DNA from: Octopus sinensis
Taxonomy: Eukaryota
Assembly (NCBI RefSeq): GCF_006345805.1
Contig: NC_043003.1
Span: forward strand, 97,154,001 to 97,218,000
Length of the DNA stretch: 64,000 nucleotides
Direction: 5' to 3'
The notes under the pieces: model-generated
What the model was told of the DNA's origin: nothing
The model's input: the letters and a program-made list of their open reading frames with translations, nothing else
The model's database searches: none
Made by a program: the position numbers and the translations under genes
Part shown: positions 12,674 through 25,651 of the stretch, piece after piece
How positions within the stretch are numbered: position 1 is the stretch's first letter
How the letters are laid out: every line of letters starts with the position of its first letter

Positions 12674-13584
12674 CTATATATATATATATATATTATATAT
12701 ATAATATATATAATATATATATATATACATATATATAGTAAGGAAAAAAATTTTTAAATGCAGAATGCTCAAATGAAAGAACATTTTAATAAAATGAGAA
12801 TTGATAAAATATATAAATATATATTTATTCAACCGGTTTTCGTCATTGTATGACTTGTCAAGAATATTTATGTTTTTAAAAGTTTTTTAAAAATTAGAAA
12901 GGGGAAAAAAAGAAAATTGCATTGTTTTTTGCAAAAGAATAATGATAAAAATGTACAAAAATTAAAAAATAAGTACTCCGATACATTGTGACATATATAC
13001 ATACATGTATACACACATACACACACACATACACACACACATACGATCGTTGTATAGTCATTCTTAATACCTCCAGGATATTTCACGCGCAAAATATAGC
13101 TGTAGTGCAGGTTATAGAATAACTTCCTTTCACGACGTGAGAGCGTCCAACACAGTCGGTTCACTGGTGTACACGATCCTGGAACACTGGTGTTCCATCC
13201 AGAAATAATCGGACCATTGTTTGCTGATTGGTGTTTATATCTGCCAACCGAACACAAACATTTTTTATCCGTTGGCAGATATAAATAATCTAATCTATGA
13301 AAGTATAAACAAAACCGACGTTCTTTGTTGAGGCTCAGCTGTCCGAAAATTCATCGCTGACGAGATACATGTGAAAACGTCGGTATCCCAGAATCCCATA
13401 CGCCAGTGAACTGAGTGTGTTGACCGCACTGACGTCATGATAGGAACAAGTTAATCACCTATAACCTACGCTACAGCAACCAGCATATTTTGCATATTTT
13501 GCATGCGTACCTGCCAGCAAGTGTCAAGAATAAATAAGCAAATAATCGTTTCAGATTTTGCTGTTCAACGTGCAAATAACGATT

Positions 13585-13627
<43 letters not shown>

Positions 13628-14169
13628 GTGTGTGTGTGTGCGTGTGTGTGTGTGTGTGTGTTGTGCGTGTGTGTGTCTTATGTGTCTTGTGTGAGGGTGT
13701 TTGACCAAATTCTGAATACAAACATGACCGAACAGATGACAGACCATGACCACCCTTGCAGACTAAATACTGATTGTCATTCATTGCGCTGCTTTCAATT
13801 CTCTTTTATCTTTCGTTTTTGCAATCGTCTAAAAAATGTTAGTTTATTATTAGTAGTATATAGTTTATTGCGTCTAGTCTTAAAAACCTAATATCTAGCT
13901 TAGAAAGATATTTGTCATATTCATATCTTTCTCAGAATGGTGTAAACTAACGGAAGAAGCTTCAACCAAGAACTAACTTCGCGGTACATTCTCAATTTAC
14001 GGCATCTTCTAACGTTCGTTTCTTTTCCCCCAGAATAAAGTAAATTTTTTTCTTGATGGCGCACAAACACCCCCCCTCTCTCTCTCTCTCTCTCTCTGTC
14101 TATCTATCTATCTATCTCTCCCCCTCTCTCTTTCTCTCTCTGGTAACACACGCATACACACATATGTAT

Positions 14170-14263
<94 letters not shown>

Positions 14264-14264
14264 C

Positions 14265-14402
14265 ATCATCATCATCGTTTAACGTCCGTTTTCCATGCTA
14301 GCATGGGTTGGACGGTTCAACTGGGGTCTGGGAGCCAGAAGGCTGCGCCAGGCCCAGTCTGATCTGGCAGTGTTTCTACAGCTGGATGCCCTTTCTAACG
14401 CC
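14265..14402 (-). mobile_element. SINE family D 3' portion with (GAT)n tail
   Basis: Reverse complement ggcgttag.aagggcatccagctgtagaaac...gcatggaaaacggacgttaaacgatgatgat. A second copy is at 34600. Confidence 0.8.
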
Positions 14403-14778
14403 ATATATATATAATATATATTTGATTTACCTAATAGTGGTTTTATCTCTAATTTAATTTACATATATATATATATTTATTTATATTTATATATATTTAT
14501 TTATATTTATATTTATATTTATATTTATATATATAATTTTAAAATAGGATAAAATCTTTATAAGAATTTATCAAGTTGTTAACGTGAAAAACCTTGTATG
14601 GGAAATTTTATTAGTTATTCCTTTTAAATATATTTATTTATATTAAGAGCATTACTATACATAAATGCCTCGCGCTAGGATGGACTCCTAAAGTCAAAAC
14701 TACCATAATAAACAATGTGTTTATTATGGTAGTTTTCACTTTAAAAATATATATATACATATATTATTTTCTACACTA

Positions 14779-15349
14779 TGCACAAGGCTAGAAATTTGAG
14801 GGGAGGGGGTCAGTCGATTACATGGACCCCAGTACCCAACTGGCACTTAATTAATCGACCCCAAAAGGATGAAATGCAAAGTCGACCTCGGCGGAATTTG
14901 AACTCAGAAAGTAAAGACAGACGAAATGCCTATTTCTTTACTACCCACAAGGGGCTAAACACAGAGAGGACAAACAAGGACAGACAAACGGATTAAGTCG
15001 ATTACATCGACCCCAGTGCGTAACTGGTACTTATTTAATCGATCCCGAAAGGATGAAAAGCAAAGTCGACTTCGGTGGAATTTGAACTCAGAACGTAGCA
15101 GTAGACGAAATACCTATTTCTTTACTACCCACAAGGGGCTAAACACAGAGAGGACAAACAAGGACAGACAAACTGATTAAGTTGATTACATCGACCCCAG
15201 TGCATAACTGGTATTTATTTAATCGACCCCGAAAGGATGAAAGGCAAAATTGACCTCGGCGGAATTTGAACTCAGAACGTAGCGGCAGACGAAATACCGC
15301 TAAGCATTTCGCCCGACGTGCTAACGTTCCTGCCCCAACTCGCCGCCTT
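14779..15349 (-). mobile_element. SINE family B head-to-tail array (one head, three bodies, 184-bp period)
   Basis: Junctions ...gtaaagaaata|GG(T/C)ATTTCGTC... at ~15114 and ~14930. The tRNA-like head is present only at ~15299-15349. Confidence 0.9.
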
Positions 15350-16525
15350 CATACATGCATATATATATATATACACGTATGTATGTACGTATGTATACAC
15401 ATTAATACATATATGCATGGCCACAGCCTTAGGGCGAGAACATGTAAAAGAATAAAAGAATGAATACATCCATGCATACACACATTCATACATACATACA
15501 TACACTTACACACACGCACACGCACACATACATATATACATGTGTGTGTGTACGCGCGCGCGTATGTGTGAAGGGAAGTGAAAATTACTTTTGTGGCGTT
15601 CAACTGAAATATAAGTGTGGTTATAAGCGATAAAATCCATGAGATGAACGAAGAGCTCTGAGTGGCTTGGTCTTAACTCTATTCTCTTTAGTATTAATTG
15701 GATAAAAAGTAAATGTCCAATCTAATAGGCAACAGCTTCTTGTTCACAATCTTTTTCGGTTCTTCTACTTACACTTGCCATATGGATATCGATAATAGTA
15801 GAATTAGGAAATATGTTCATGTGGGCGTGATCTCATGACACGTACATTATCCACTCCACTAGATCGCTTTCTTTTGTATACATATAAGTATATGTATTCA
15901 AATTTAGTCGAAAATGAATGAGTTTGAGAGTAAAATTTTGTTTTCTCCATGAATTTAATAACTGCCATATCGCGTCATGTTATAATTTGATAGAGATTTT
16001 ATCAAGCAAGCTATAATCGCTGCAGGTCAAATAGTATGATAAAAATATAGTTGTTTCTTCAAATTAAATCAACCATTCTTAAAATACCCGTATGACTTCA
16101 CTGACGGAGATTTACTGTTTTTGTCGTTTTATTTGTAAGTGAAGTTGACGTCACATAAATCAATGAATACTCCCTCGAGAAATAAATGTTGGTGGTTTAT
16201 GGTATTATTTTTGTTTTTGCGTTGATTTCTGTTTTTTTGTGCGTGTTTCTTATGTTCTTGCAAAGAGACGGTGTTGCAGCGTGCACAGTATGGTTTGAAA
16301 GAAGTAAAAATAATGAAGATAGGTTATTGGTGATGCGGTGGCTGCTATTGTTGCTAAAGTTTATTGTTTTGTTAGTCATTGTTGGGTTCAAAAACAGAAA
16401 ACTATATTGTTTAGTTTTGAAGGAGGTGCATGTGAGCCAACTATATTTATCGTACTAATTAAATATTGCTCGTGAAGATAATTAACATTAATATTAAAAG
16501 CTCAACATGTATAATAATAATAATA

Positions 16526-16589
<64 letters not shown>

Positions 16590-16802
16590 GATTCAGACAA
16601 ATACATAACAAAAACACCAGGACTTACAAACACATATAGCATACAGAAAATTGCACTACTAGGCACTGCACACATCCTACGCAGAACACTTTCCATACAA
16701 TAACCATCAGAGCATCACAACAAATCACAGCACATACCCAAGGCACACAGAGCTGCGCTCGGTAGTGAAGTGAAAGCACGCTATAAAAATAAAACTACTG
16801 AA
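16590..16802 (+). mobile_element. R4/Dong-like LINE 3' end inside (TAA)n
   Basis: IQKIALLGTAHILRRTLSIQ* plus 3' UTR, with (TAA)n on both sides. Confidence 0.85.
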
Positions 16803-16804
16803 TG

Positions 16805-16867
<63 letters not shown>

Positions 16868-16901
16868 TAATAATAATAATATAATAATAATAATAATAAT
16901 A

Positions 16902-17110
16902 ACTGAAGCCAAGAGAGACAAAAATCAGGTAGATTCTCAATGTAGGTTATATAAATCAAAGGAGGAAAGTGTTACTCATATAGTTAGTGAATGTAGTACG
17001 CTGGCACAGAAAGAATGCAAGAAAAGACATGACAATCTAGGGAGAATAACCCACTGGGAATTATGTAGAAAGCTAGGATTTCACCATACTGATAAGTGAT
17101 ATGGACATGA
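16902..17110 (+). mobile_element. R4/Dong-like LINE fragment (zinc-knuckle region)
   Basis: CRLYKSKEESVTHIVSECSTLAQKE.KKRHDNLGRITHWELCRK. Confidence 0.85.
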
Positions 17111-17164
17111 ACATAGTAAAGTGTTAGTCTGATCCACCTTTGCTACCAGCTAGAAGAACACAAT

Positions 17165-17960
17165 CCAAACGTGCATTAAATAAGTCGTTCCAATCGCCCA
17201 TTAACATTAAAGAAAGAGATGTCCCCAAAACAATCTTAGTAAATCTTACAATGCCTAGAGACATTTGGTTGTGCCGCTCCTATCGTAGAGTTCGTAGCTA
17301 CTAGTCGAAGGAAACTTCCTTCGCTGCTGCTTACACTCGGAACCAACAACTAACAGTCCGGGTCCAAAATGCTTGATATTATCTCGAGACCTATGGTCCT
17401 TCCGAAATAACATCATCGTTCCATTCCCCTATTCCGGTAGACTAAGAGGTGCGTATCTCTCAAAGTTGTCAAAAATAGACACCAAAGTGTGTGCAACGGA
17501 AATCTTAGTCTTGCTAATGGCATCACATGCGCCCCTGCTTCCATCGTGACAATATGCATCTATGCAACCCACCCTTAGAACAATTATATTAGTAGACAGG
17601 AGTTTTCTTTCTAGGTTTTCTAGTTATTCGTGGTGAAGAAACTGTGAGTTTCCACACCAGTTCTCCAGTCGCCTGTTGACATCAATCAGGATATTACTTC
17701 CCATCAACACTATGCAGGTCAGTTTACCAGGGATTTTCTTGTGCTTTGACCCCTGTATTATGAACTTTGCCGTACTTCTTTCAAAATACGTGAGGGCTGC
17801 AGTGCGATGAGTTGAGGGTTGCACTACGATGACCTCTGATGGCCTCAGCTGCAAAAGAACATCGACGCAGCCGACGCAGCTTTCGCCAAGCTATAAGCTG
17901 GGAAACCTGCGATACATCGTAGAGAACTCTTCCATGTTATACGCCATAACTAGTAATAAA
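17165..17960 (-). mobile_element. L1/Tx1-like LINE fragment (probable ORF1 end plus APE endonuclease), very degenerate
   Basis: Minus-strand frames give LRVGCI, AISKTKI, G.GTMMLFRK, FLRLVA and LMGDWNDLFNARLD. Confidence 0.65.
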
Positions 17961-18039
17961 CTGATTGACGTTTTAATAACCGCTTTATTTGTCATATTGA
18001 GCGTGCTTTTTTTATCTTCTTACGGACAATTATCTGATT

Positions 18040-18041
18040 AC

Positions 18042-18140
<99 letters not shown>

Positions 18141-18205
18141 CAGACAGACAGACAGACAGACAGACAACAGACAGACAGACAGACAGACAGACAGATAGAT
18201 AGAAG

Positions 18206-18259
<54 letters not shown>

Positions 18260-18260
18260 T
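18040..18260. repeat. (GATA)n/(GACA)n compound microsatellite
   Basis: Seen directly. Confidence 0.95.
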
Positions 18261-19413
18261 GTCTGTACATATATATGTATGCATGTATGAATGTACGTAC
18301 ATATGTATGTATGTTTGTATGTATTTATGTATGCATGTATGTATGTAATATGCATGTATGTATGTATGTATGTATGTATGTATGTATATAAACGTTGAGA
18401 GATAGATATACAGAATGTGTTTACTACTGAAAGGAGGTTACTTTCTTTGTTAAAGATTAATTACAAGTAAAAGCAAATACTCCGACTTCTAAGAGGCCAA
18501 TGATCTATTGCTTATTTATTTAAGCTTAGAGGGGATTGTTTCTGCCTATACGTACATGTATATGTTAATGCTTCTACATCTACGTAAAGTATAGTTGCGT
18601 TGCGTTCGTATGTGACTATATTTGTTAACCTCTGTCCATGAAGAATAGTGTAGGAATTCAATGCGAAAGATCAAAAGTGTTACACGCTACATGCTTGCAA
18701 GTACTTGGTTATAGCTTTTGAAAATTCTTTATCCGAGGTTCCAAAATATGAAAAGCTCCAAAATCTGAAAACTTCCAAAATCAAAACGTGCTTGGTTTTT
18801 TTTGGGGGGGGGGTTTTTTGCTTGTTTTTTTTTTTTATTGATGCTATGACACGTCATAAATGAAAGATTCCACAAAGTACAGCTGTTGCGTGTTATTACG
18901 ATACATGATTTTGTAAGCAGTGATCTTCATGCATTTCATTTTTGCGTTGTTCCGTTTTTTTTTTTTGGGGGGGGGGGGTGCAGTAACCACAAAACGTAAT
19001 TTTTACATGATATCTGACGTTCACCTCTGTGTATGAGTGTAACATGACTAGTGTCACTACACGTGTATGTTTGTGTGTGTGTGTGTGTGTGTGTGATGTG
19101 TGTATATATGTGTGTGTGTGCGTGCGTGTGTGTGCCTCTCTGTGTGTGTGTGTGTGTGTGTGTGTGCGTTTGTGTATTATGCCAGATCGCTTTGGGGCGT
19201 TACTGGTAACATGTAACCCCAGTACAACCTGTTGCATGGTCGGGTCGTCGGCGACTAAACTGGCAACCGCATCAAGCTGGGACACCTTGCAGGACGGAAA
19301 ATAAGACCCGTCAAAGGGCAGAAGAGTTCATGAGCAGTCAACGGCCATCCAACAATATGGGTACATGTGTAAGTATGTATGTATGTATGTATGTATGTAT
19401 GTATGTGTGTGTG

Positions 19414-19720
19414 GAGGCGCAATATCCCAGTGGTTAGGGCAGCGGACTCGCGGTCGGAGGATCGCGGTTTCGATTCTCAGACCAGGCGTTGTGTGTGTTT
19501 ATTGAGCGAAAACACCTAAAAGTGCTCCACGAGGCTCCGGCAAGGGGGTGGTGATCCCTGCTGTACTCTTTCCCCACTCTTTCTCCCACTCTTTCTTCTG
19601 TTGGCCTGCTCGCTTAGCTAGCGGGGTGGCGTCGTTCGAAGGCTAAAACAATGCGAACGCATTGTGACCAGCGATGTGTAGCAACATCTGATGGTCTGGT
19701 CGGTCACGTGATCACGTGAT
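19414..19720 (+). mobile_element. tRNA-derived SINE family C
   Basis: A-box-like cccagtggttagg and B-box-like ggtttcgattc. Flanked by (TATG)n. Confidence 0.75.
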
Positions 19721-20401
19721 GTATGTATGTATGTATGTATGTATGTATGTATGTATGTATGTATGCGCGGGACGTGGAAATACGTGGATTGGTGTCCGGC
19801 CCACTAGGATTGGTGTCCGGCCCTCTCTGTTGTTGTCACAACATCTCTCTGAAAGAGGTAAACTCAAAGAAAACCTTCGACACTGAAATATTGATAATGT
19901 AACTAGTTCTTCTTTTTGAGTTTACGTTGCTCTTGTTCAGAGATTGAGACTGGATTTATGCAAATCCTTTCCCCATTATAAAAATTCATCATGCTAGGCA
20001 TCTATAGTAATATATATTAATGAGTAGGACCAATTTAACGAAAAAATGAGCAGAGTCTGGTAACGAACCCGTGTCGTCGTCATTTTTGTGCATATGCGTA
20101 AACTGGCAAAATTTTACGCTTTGGGGCAGATTTCGTCAAATTGATGTTACGATGGCTAGTGTGCAAAATGCCTACATTTTGCTTGAGAAATAAAATGCTC
20201 TTACCTAATCAAAACCTGAAACGTTGTGAAATTAAAACAACGAATTGAAACGATAAGTTTTAGCAAATCAAAACATTGGTATCTTTACTTTTTGACTTAC
20301 AGATTTAAAAAATAATTTTTTGTAACTAAACACTTTCAAATTTCGGACACTGGTAGAATGTGTCATATAAACTTATATTTACGAAGTAATCTCACGTTAA
20401 A

Positions 20402-20800
20402 GTAGTCCTATTTCGGTAATTTCAACCAATCAATGACGTGTATTCAGCTGAATAAAATTACTGCCGTTGTTTGTCAGCAATAACTACGGCGGTGTATTTT
20501 TCGTTTGTCACTGTTATTTATGACAACCCTAACTCTAACACCTTAAACCTAAAACGCTAACCCTAACACCCTCACCCTAAAACCCTAACCCTAACCTTAA
20601 AAACCTAACCCTAATACCTAAAACCCTAATCCTAACCCTAAAACTTTAAAGCTAAAACCGGTACAAACGCACGAACGATGTCATAAATAACAGTGACAAA
20701 CAAAAAATACACCGCCGATAGTTGTTGACAAACAGCGACAGTAATTTTATTCAGCTGAATACACGTCATTGATTGGCTGAAATTACCGAAATAGGACTAC
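20402..20800. mobile_element. Foldback element: ~123-bp inverted repeats around a degenerate (CCCTAA)n core
   Basis: Arms 20402-20525 and 20679-20800, roughly 90% identical by eye. The spacer is telomere-like repeat. A related partial copy is at 27250-27430. Confidence 0.8.
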
Positions 20801-21193
20801 ATTGAAATGAAGAATTATCAAATGTTAAACAGATTACTGTTAATAAGCTGTCTGTTTATACCCATGAAACATTTTTCGTCACATTTCGGCATTTCTCGTC
20901 AAATTCATATCTAGTACGAAAAATGCCGAAATTTTACGATTTTTGAAAAATCGATGCTGATTAAAAATCGATTTTTTTTTTTTTATTTTAAGTGCGTAAG
21001 TGACCGCATGGGCATTAACCCCACACACGTGTCAAGTTTCCTCAAGGTCTGTTGAATCGTCTCGTAGGAGTTAAACTAACAAATTCACAAACACACAAAC
21101 TTTCCATTTATTATTATAGATATGTGTGTATGAGGATAAAACGTTTTGGGCTATCCTCCTTGCGTACCGACTATGAAATTAGTCACCAACTGA

Positions 21194-21235
<42 letters not shown>

Positions 21236-21275
21236 TGCTACTGCTACTACTACAATTACTAGTAGCAGCAGCAGC

Positions 21276-21311
<36 letters not shown>

Positions 21312-21342
21312 TAGTAGTAGTAGTAGTAGTAGTAGTAGTAAA

Positions 21343-21565
21343 AAGGCAGCGAGCTAGCAGAAACGTTAGCACGCCGGGGGCGAAACCCTTAGCGGTATTT
21401 CTGTTGCTACGTTCTGTGTTCAAATTCCACCAGGGTCAACTTTGCTTTTCATCCTTTCGGGGTCGATTAAATAAGTACCAGTTACGTACTGGGTCGATAT
21501 AATCGACTTAATTCCTTCCCCCAAAATTTGAGGCCTTGTGCTTCCAGTAAAAAAGATTATTATTA
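21343..21565 (+). mobile_element. tRNA-derived SINE family B
   Basis: aaggcagcgagctagcagaaacgttagc...gttcaaattcc...(ATT)n tail. Confidence 0.9.
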
Positions 21566-22019
21566 TCAATAATATTAATACGCTAACTTTTTGTTTTTGT
21601 ACGTACCTGTTGTGTGCGTCACACTTCACAGAAGTGGCAAAGCGAGAGAGAGGTGGACAGACAGGAAGTAAGAGAGAGAGAGAGAGTGAGTGAGAGAGAG
21701 AAAGGGAAAGTGAGATAGAAAGTAAGAGAGTGAAAGAGAAAGAGAGAGAGTGTTTTGTGTTTTTAAATATTTATCATATCGCAAGAGAAGTAGATACATA
21801 GATACATATACACATTGTTAAATCAAAAGCGGGAGAAAAGAGGAACACAAAGGAAGTGAAAGAGAAAGAGAGAAAGTGAATGAGGCAGTAGATACTTAAA
21901 TCCAAAGAAAAGTTCATGCATAGATACATATACACAGCAACTATTGGATATCAGTTTCCCTTTTCATTACCACAAGAGGATTCAATTAACTCACAAATGA
22001 CTGAGTACTCCACAGACAT

Positions 22020-22170
22020 GCATAACATTAACATAGATGGTAGAATTCAAATGCCACCAAGGTTGACTTTGCCTTTCATCCTCTCACTCGATAGAATTAG
22101 TTCCGGTTGAATACTGAGATTGATGTGATCGACTTACCCTCTCCTCCGAAATTGTGCTAAAATTTGAAAT
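22020..22170 (+). mobile_element. SINE family B fragment, degenerate
   Basis: aattcaaatgccaccaaggttgactttgcctttcatcc ... gatgtgatcgactta. Confidence 0.7.
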
Positions 22171-22199
22171 TATGATTATTTTTTTCTTCTTCTTCCTTC

Positions 22200-23090
22200 A
22201 GTTTTGTTTCTATTTGTAGCCAAGTGTCTTTGTGAAACCTAGGTCAAAGAACTTCACAACATACATTGATAGGCCATTAAAATAAGCACACAAGACTATT
22301 CATTTACAAAACCAAATGACTATGTTAAAAAAATATTTGCGGAAACGGTTATCCTTCTTATGGCGTTGTCACGCATAAGAAGGATACACCAGTTAAATCA
22401 ATCTTTTACAATTCTTGTAGGATCGTAAGCCAGGGATCATTCTCAAATAGCTTTATGATCACTGATATTAAAACCGCCTTGTGATGCCAAATTTTTCGAC
22501 TTCAGGGAGCAAATCTGTATATTTTCTGAGCTTGTCAAATTCTTTTGCCGCAATATTATGATCATAAGGGATATTCATATCAATCAATAAACAGACTATA
22601 TTATTTTGGTCTTTTACAGCAATATCCGGTTTATTAGCTTTGATGGTTCTTTCTATATTTTCAGGAAAGTCCCAAAGAATCGTTTCATTTTTTCCCTCAG
22701 CCTTAGGATGATGCCTATACCACTTGTCAACAGTTGAATTTATAATGCTAATATATTAACCAGTGTAGATATTTCCAACTTGTTATGTGTTCATTTATAC
22801 TCTACTGGTCCTAAAACTTTACATTCAGAGATTAAGTGGTCCACTGTTTCAATTGCATCATTGCAATATCGGAACTTTGGATTTACTCCATTTTTCATTA
22901 CATTGGCTTGGTGGTTCTGAGTTAATAATTTTTTATCTTGTGCAGCTAAGATGAAATCTCCAGTCTCTTCCTTTAACCCAGAGCTTCGTAGCCACTGATA
23001 GGTGTACTTCTGCTCAACATCAACTTGTTTACTGTGAGTCACATTTACCATGCAGAGATTTTGCTCCCTCTCCACGTTGAGTACAAATTC
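22200..23090 (-). mobile_element. R4/Dong-like LINE 3' fragment (zinc knuckle plus RLE)
   Basis: WLRSSGLKEET..ILAAQD; ETVDHLISEC; ILWDF..TIKANKPDI..LLIDMNIP..KEFDKL.KY. Confidence 0.9.
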
Positions 23091-23096
23091 CATCAA

Positions 23097-23212
23097 GGGA
23101 TGCTTTCGGGGGTCTATAAATTTGTTACCAGTTGAATACAGGATCGATGTAACCGATTAACCCCGTCCCCCAATTTCAGGCCTTGTGCCTATAGTAGAAG
23201 TGATTATTATTA
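23097..23212 (+). mobile_element. SINE family B 3' fragment
   Basis: tgctttcggggtctataaatttg.taccagttg ... tcaggccttgtgcctatagtagaag.gattatt. Confidence 0.75.
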
Positions 23213-24120
23213 TTAGTAACGGAACCCGTGAATATTTCATGGAATTAATGGTAAAACTATTGAGTTATTTCTGAAAACTTTAACCATAAAAAAAACAAAA
23301 ATTTAGCCTGTGTTGTGTCTGTATGGAAAGTCGCTCATCTGCTACTCATTTAGAAGTGAAGGAAATTACATTACGATGATTACTTAATGCACTTTATATG
23401 TACACTTTATAAACTTTATGCACTTTTATAGACTTAATACACAGCACTCATAAAATAAAATAAATACTCACTCTTATTTTTCCATTTTCCCATAAACAAA
23501 CAAATATCCGGTACATATGATACAACCTTTAGTTAAATTGCATGTATCTGCCGCGTAAATAAGTCTCAATATTTCACGGAATTGCATTTGTGCACATGCG
23601 TTAAGTGATAGGTGATATAAAAAAAAACTTGGTTCAATTTTTTAAAAAATACACTTTTTTCACTATCGAATCACCACCACCACTACCTCCATTTCCACCA
23701 CCACCACCTCTCTCCCCTCTCTCTCCCTCCTCTCTCTTCCTACTCCTTCCCTCTCTCTCAATCTCTATCTCTCTCTTTAACCATCAGAACATCACCCCTT
23801 CGCTAAAATGATATTTTTAACTCTCCCCCTCTAACTTCAACTAACTTTTTTAATCATGTAATAGATATTACGTTCCCCCTACCTCAAATCATGGACCCTT
23901 CTCTTTCCCTCTTTCTGTCTCACTCTTCACCTTATCCTCTTTTTCTCTCTCCTTTTTTTCTTGTCTGTCCCTGTCAACCAACCACGTGAAAGCACTACAA
24001 TTACATTCCCTCTACCTCACGTCATGGACGCTTCTCTCTCTCTCTCTCTTTCTCCCTTCCTCTTTTTTCTCTCTTTCTCTCTTTTCTTTCTCCCTTTTTT
24101 CTCTAATCATGTGAAAGCGT
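23213..24120 (-). mobile_element. Possible non-autonomous Helitron remnant
   Basis: The minus strand ends with a CCATGAA/TTCACGG hairpin, ~9 nt and CTAA|T at 23213. There are internal ~130-bp subrepeats. The 5' TC end was not located. Confidence 0.35.
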
Positions 24121-24124
24121 CACC

Positions 24125-24362
24125 GACGGGCTAAGTAACGCAATGACAAGCAGAATCGTTAGCAGGCCGGGCAAGATGCTTAGCAGCATTTCGCTCATCT
24201 TTACGTTTTGAGTTCGTATTCCGCCGAGGTCGACTTTGCTTTTCGTCCTTTCGGGGTCGATAAATTAAGTACCAATCACGCATTGAGGTCGATGTAATCG
24301 ACTTGTCCCCTCCCCAAAAATGTCAGGCCTTGTGCCTATAGTAGAAAGGATTATTATTATTA
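24125..24362 (+). mobile_element. SINE family B
   Basis: Full body with (ATT)n tail. Confidence 0.85.
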
Positions 24363-25207
24363 TGTGGGCAGTACCCCAGTGCTCAACTAGTTTACTGCCC
24401 ACCATCTAAGTCACCCATCCTCCTAACTTACTGGTCCTGTGCCAAAATTTGAAACCATTATCATTATTATGGCACAGCATATTCCAAATCTTATGAATAT
24501 ATTTATTCTTTAAATTAATTGTAGTTTCTAAATTCGTTGGAATAAATTATTGGTTCATTTTATCAGTTATGGGGCATACTAATTAGAACTGTTACTAAAA
24601 GTTTCAAATCAAATAACAGATTTTCTTTTCTCTATCTTTCTCTTTCTTATTTTCTCTCTCTCCCTCCCCCTCTCTCTCTCTCTCTCTCTCTCTTTACATA
24701 AAATATTATATTAATTGTTCAGTAAATAATACTGGCACGGTTGAATTTGTAACCAAATATCATATTATCATATTATTTGAGAAAAGTCGTTGAATAACGA
24801 AATAAATACTTTCCCCAGAGGTGTTTTAACTGTGTTTATTAGCATTTTTACCGGTAATAACAGATATGATACTGCAGCAACAAAAATATTATAATATTAA
24901 TAATTAATGAATTAATTTTATTAGTTAACCTTCTTGGGAATGATTTATAATTCAACGTTCTTGTAGGGCTTCTTGCCTGACAGCATTTTACCGGACATTA
25001 ACTCGATATCTTCATGAGACCAAAAGCCAAGTTAACAGAATCTAAAGCATTATTTCTTTTCTTCCTGGATTTTATTGAAATACGTAGCATATATCTGTGT
25101 CGATCGAGTCAATGGTTCGATCTTTATGCTGACACCAAGTCGCATCTATGTATAACCAAAGCACTTAATACACATGCGATTTCATCTACTTTATTTGTAT
25201 GATGTTC

Positions 25208-25630
25208 GAGTGGCTGTTTGGTAAGTAGCTTGCTTACCAACCACATGGTTCCGGGTTCAGTCCCACTGCGTGACACCTTGGGCAAGTGTATTCTACTATA
25301 GCCACGGCCGACCAAAGCCTTGTGAGTGAATTTAGTAGACGGAAACTGAAAGAAACCTGTCATATATATATATATATATGTGTGTGTGTGTAAATGTTTG
25401 TGTGTGTGTGTGTGTAAATGTTTATGTGTCTGTGTTTGTCTCCCTAACATCGCTTGACAATCGATGGTGGTGTGTTTACGTCCCCGTAACTCAGAGGTTC
25501 GAAAAAAGAGACCGATAGAATAAGTACTAGGCTTACAAAAATAAGTCCTGGGGTCGATTTGCTCGACTAAAGGCTGTGCTCCAGCATGGCCGCAGTCAAA
25601 TGACTGAAACAAGTAAAAGAGTAAAAGAGA
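25208..25630 (+). mobile_element. SINE family A, near full length
   Basis: Head, internal microsatellite and an aaaagagt tandem tail. Confidence 0.9.
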
Positions 25631-25651
25631 AAGACTAAGTTAGTAAATACC

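Noticed and set aside
13350-13385. CUGACGA..GAAAACGUC hammerhead-like string
   Set aside because: Stem II does not pair and stem I pairs only out of register.
19414-19490. tRNA gene (also the heads of SINE families A and B)
   Set aside because: A- and B-box-like motifs are present but there is no complete cloverleaf, and each continues into a SINE body.
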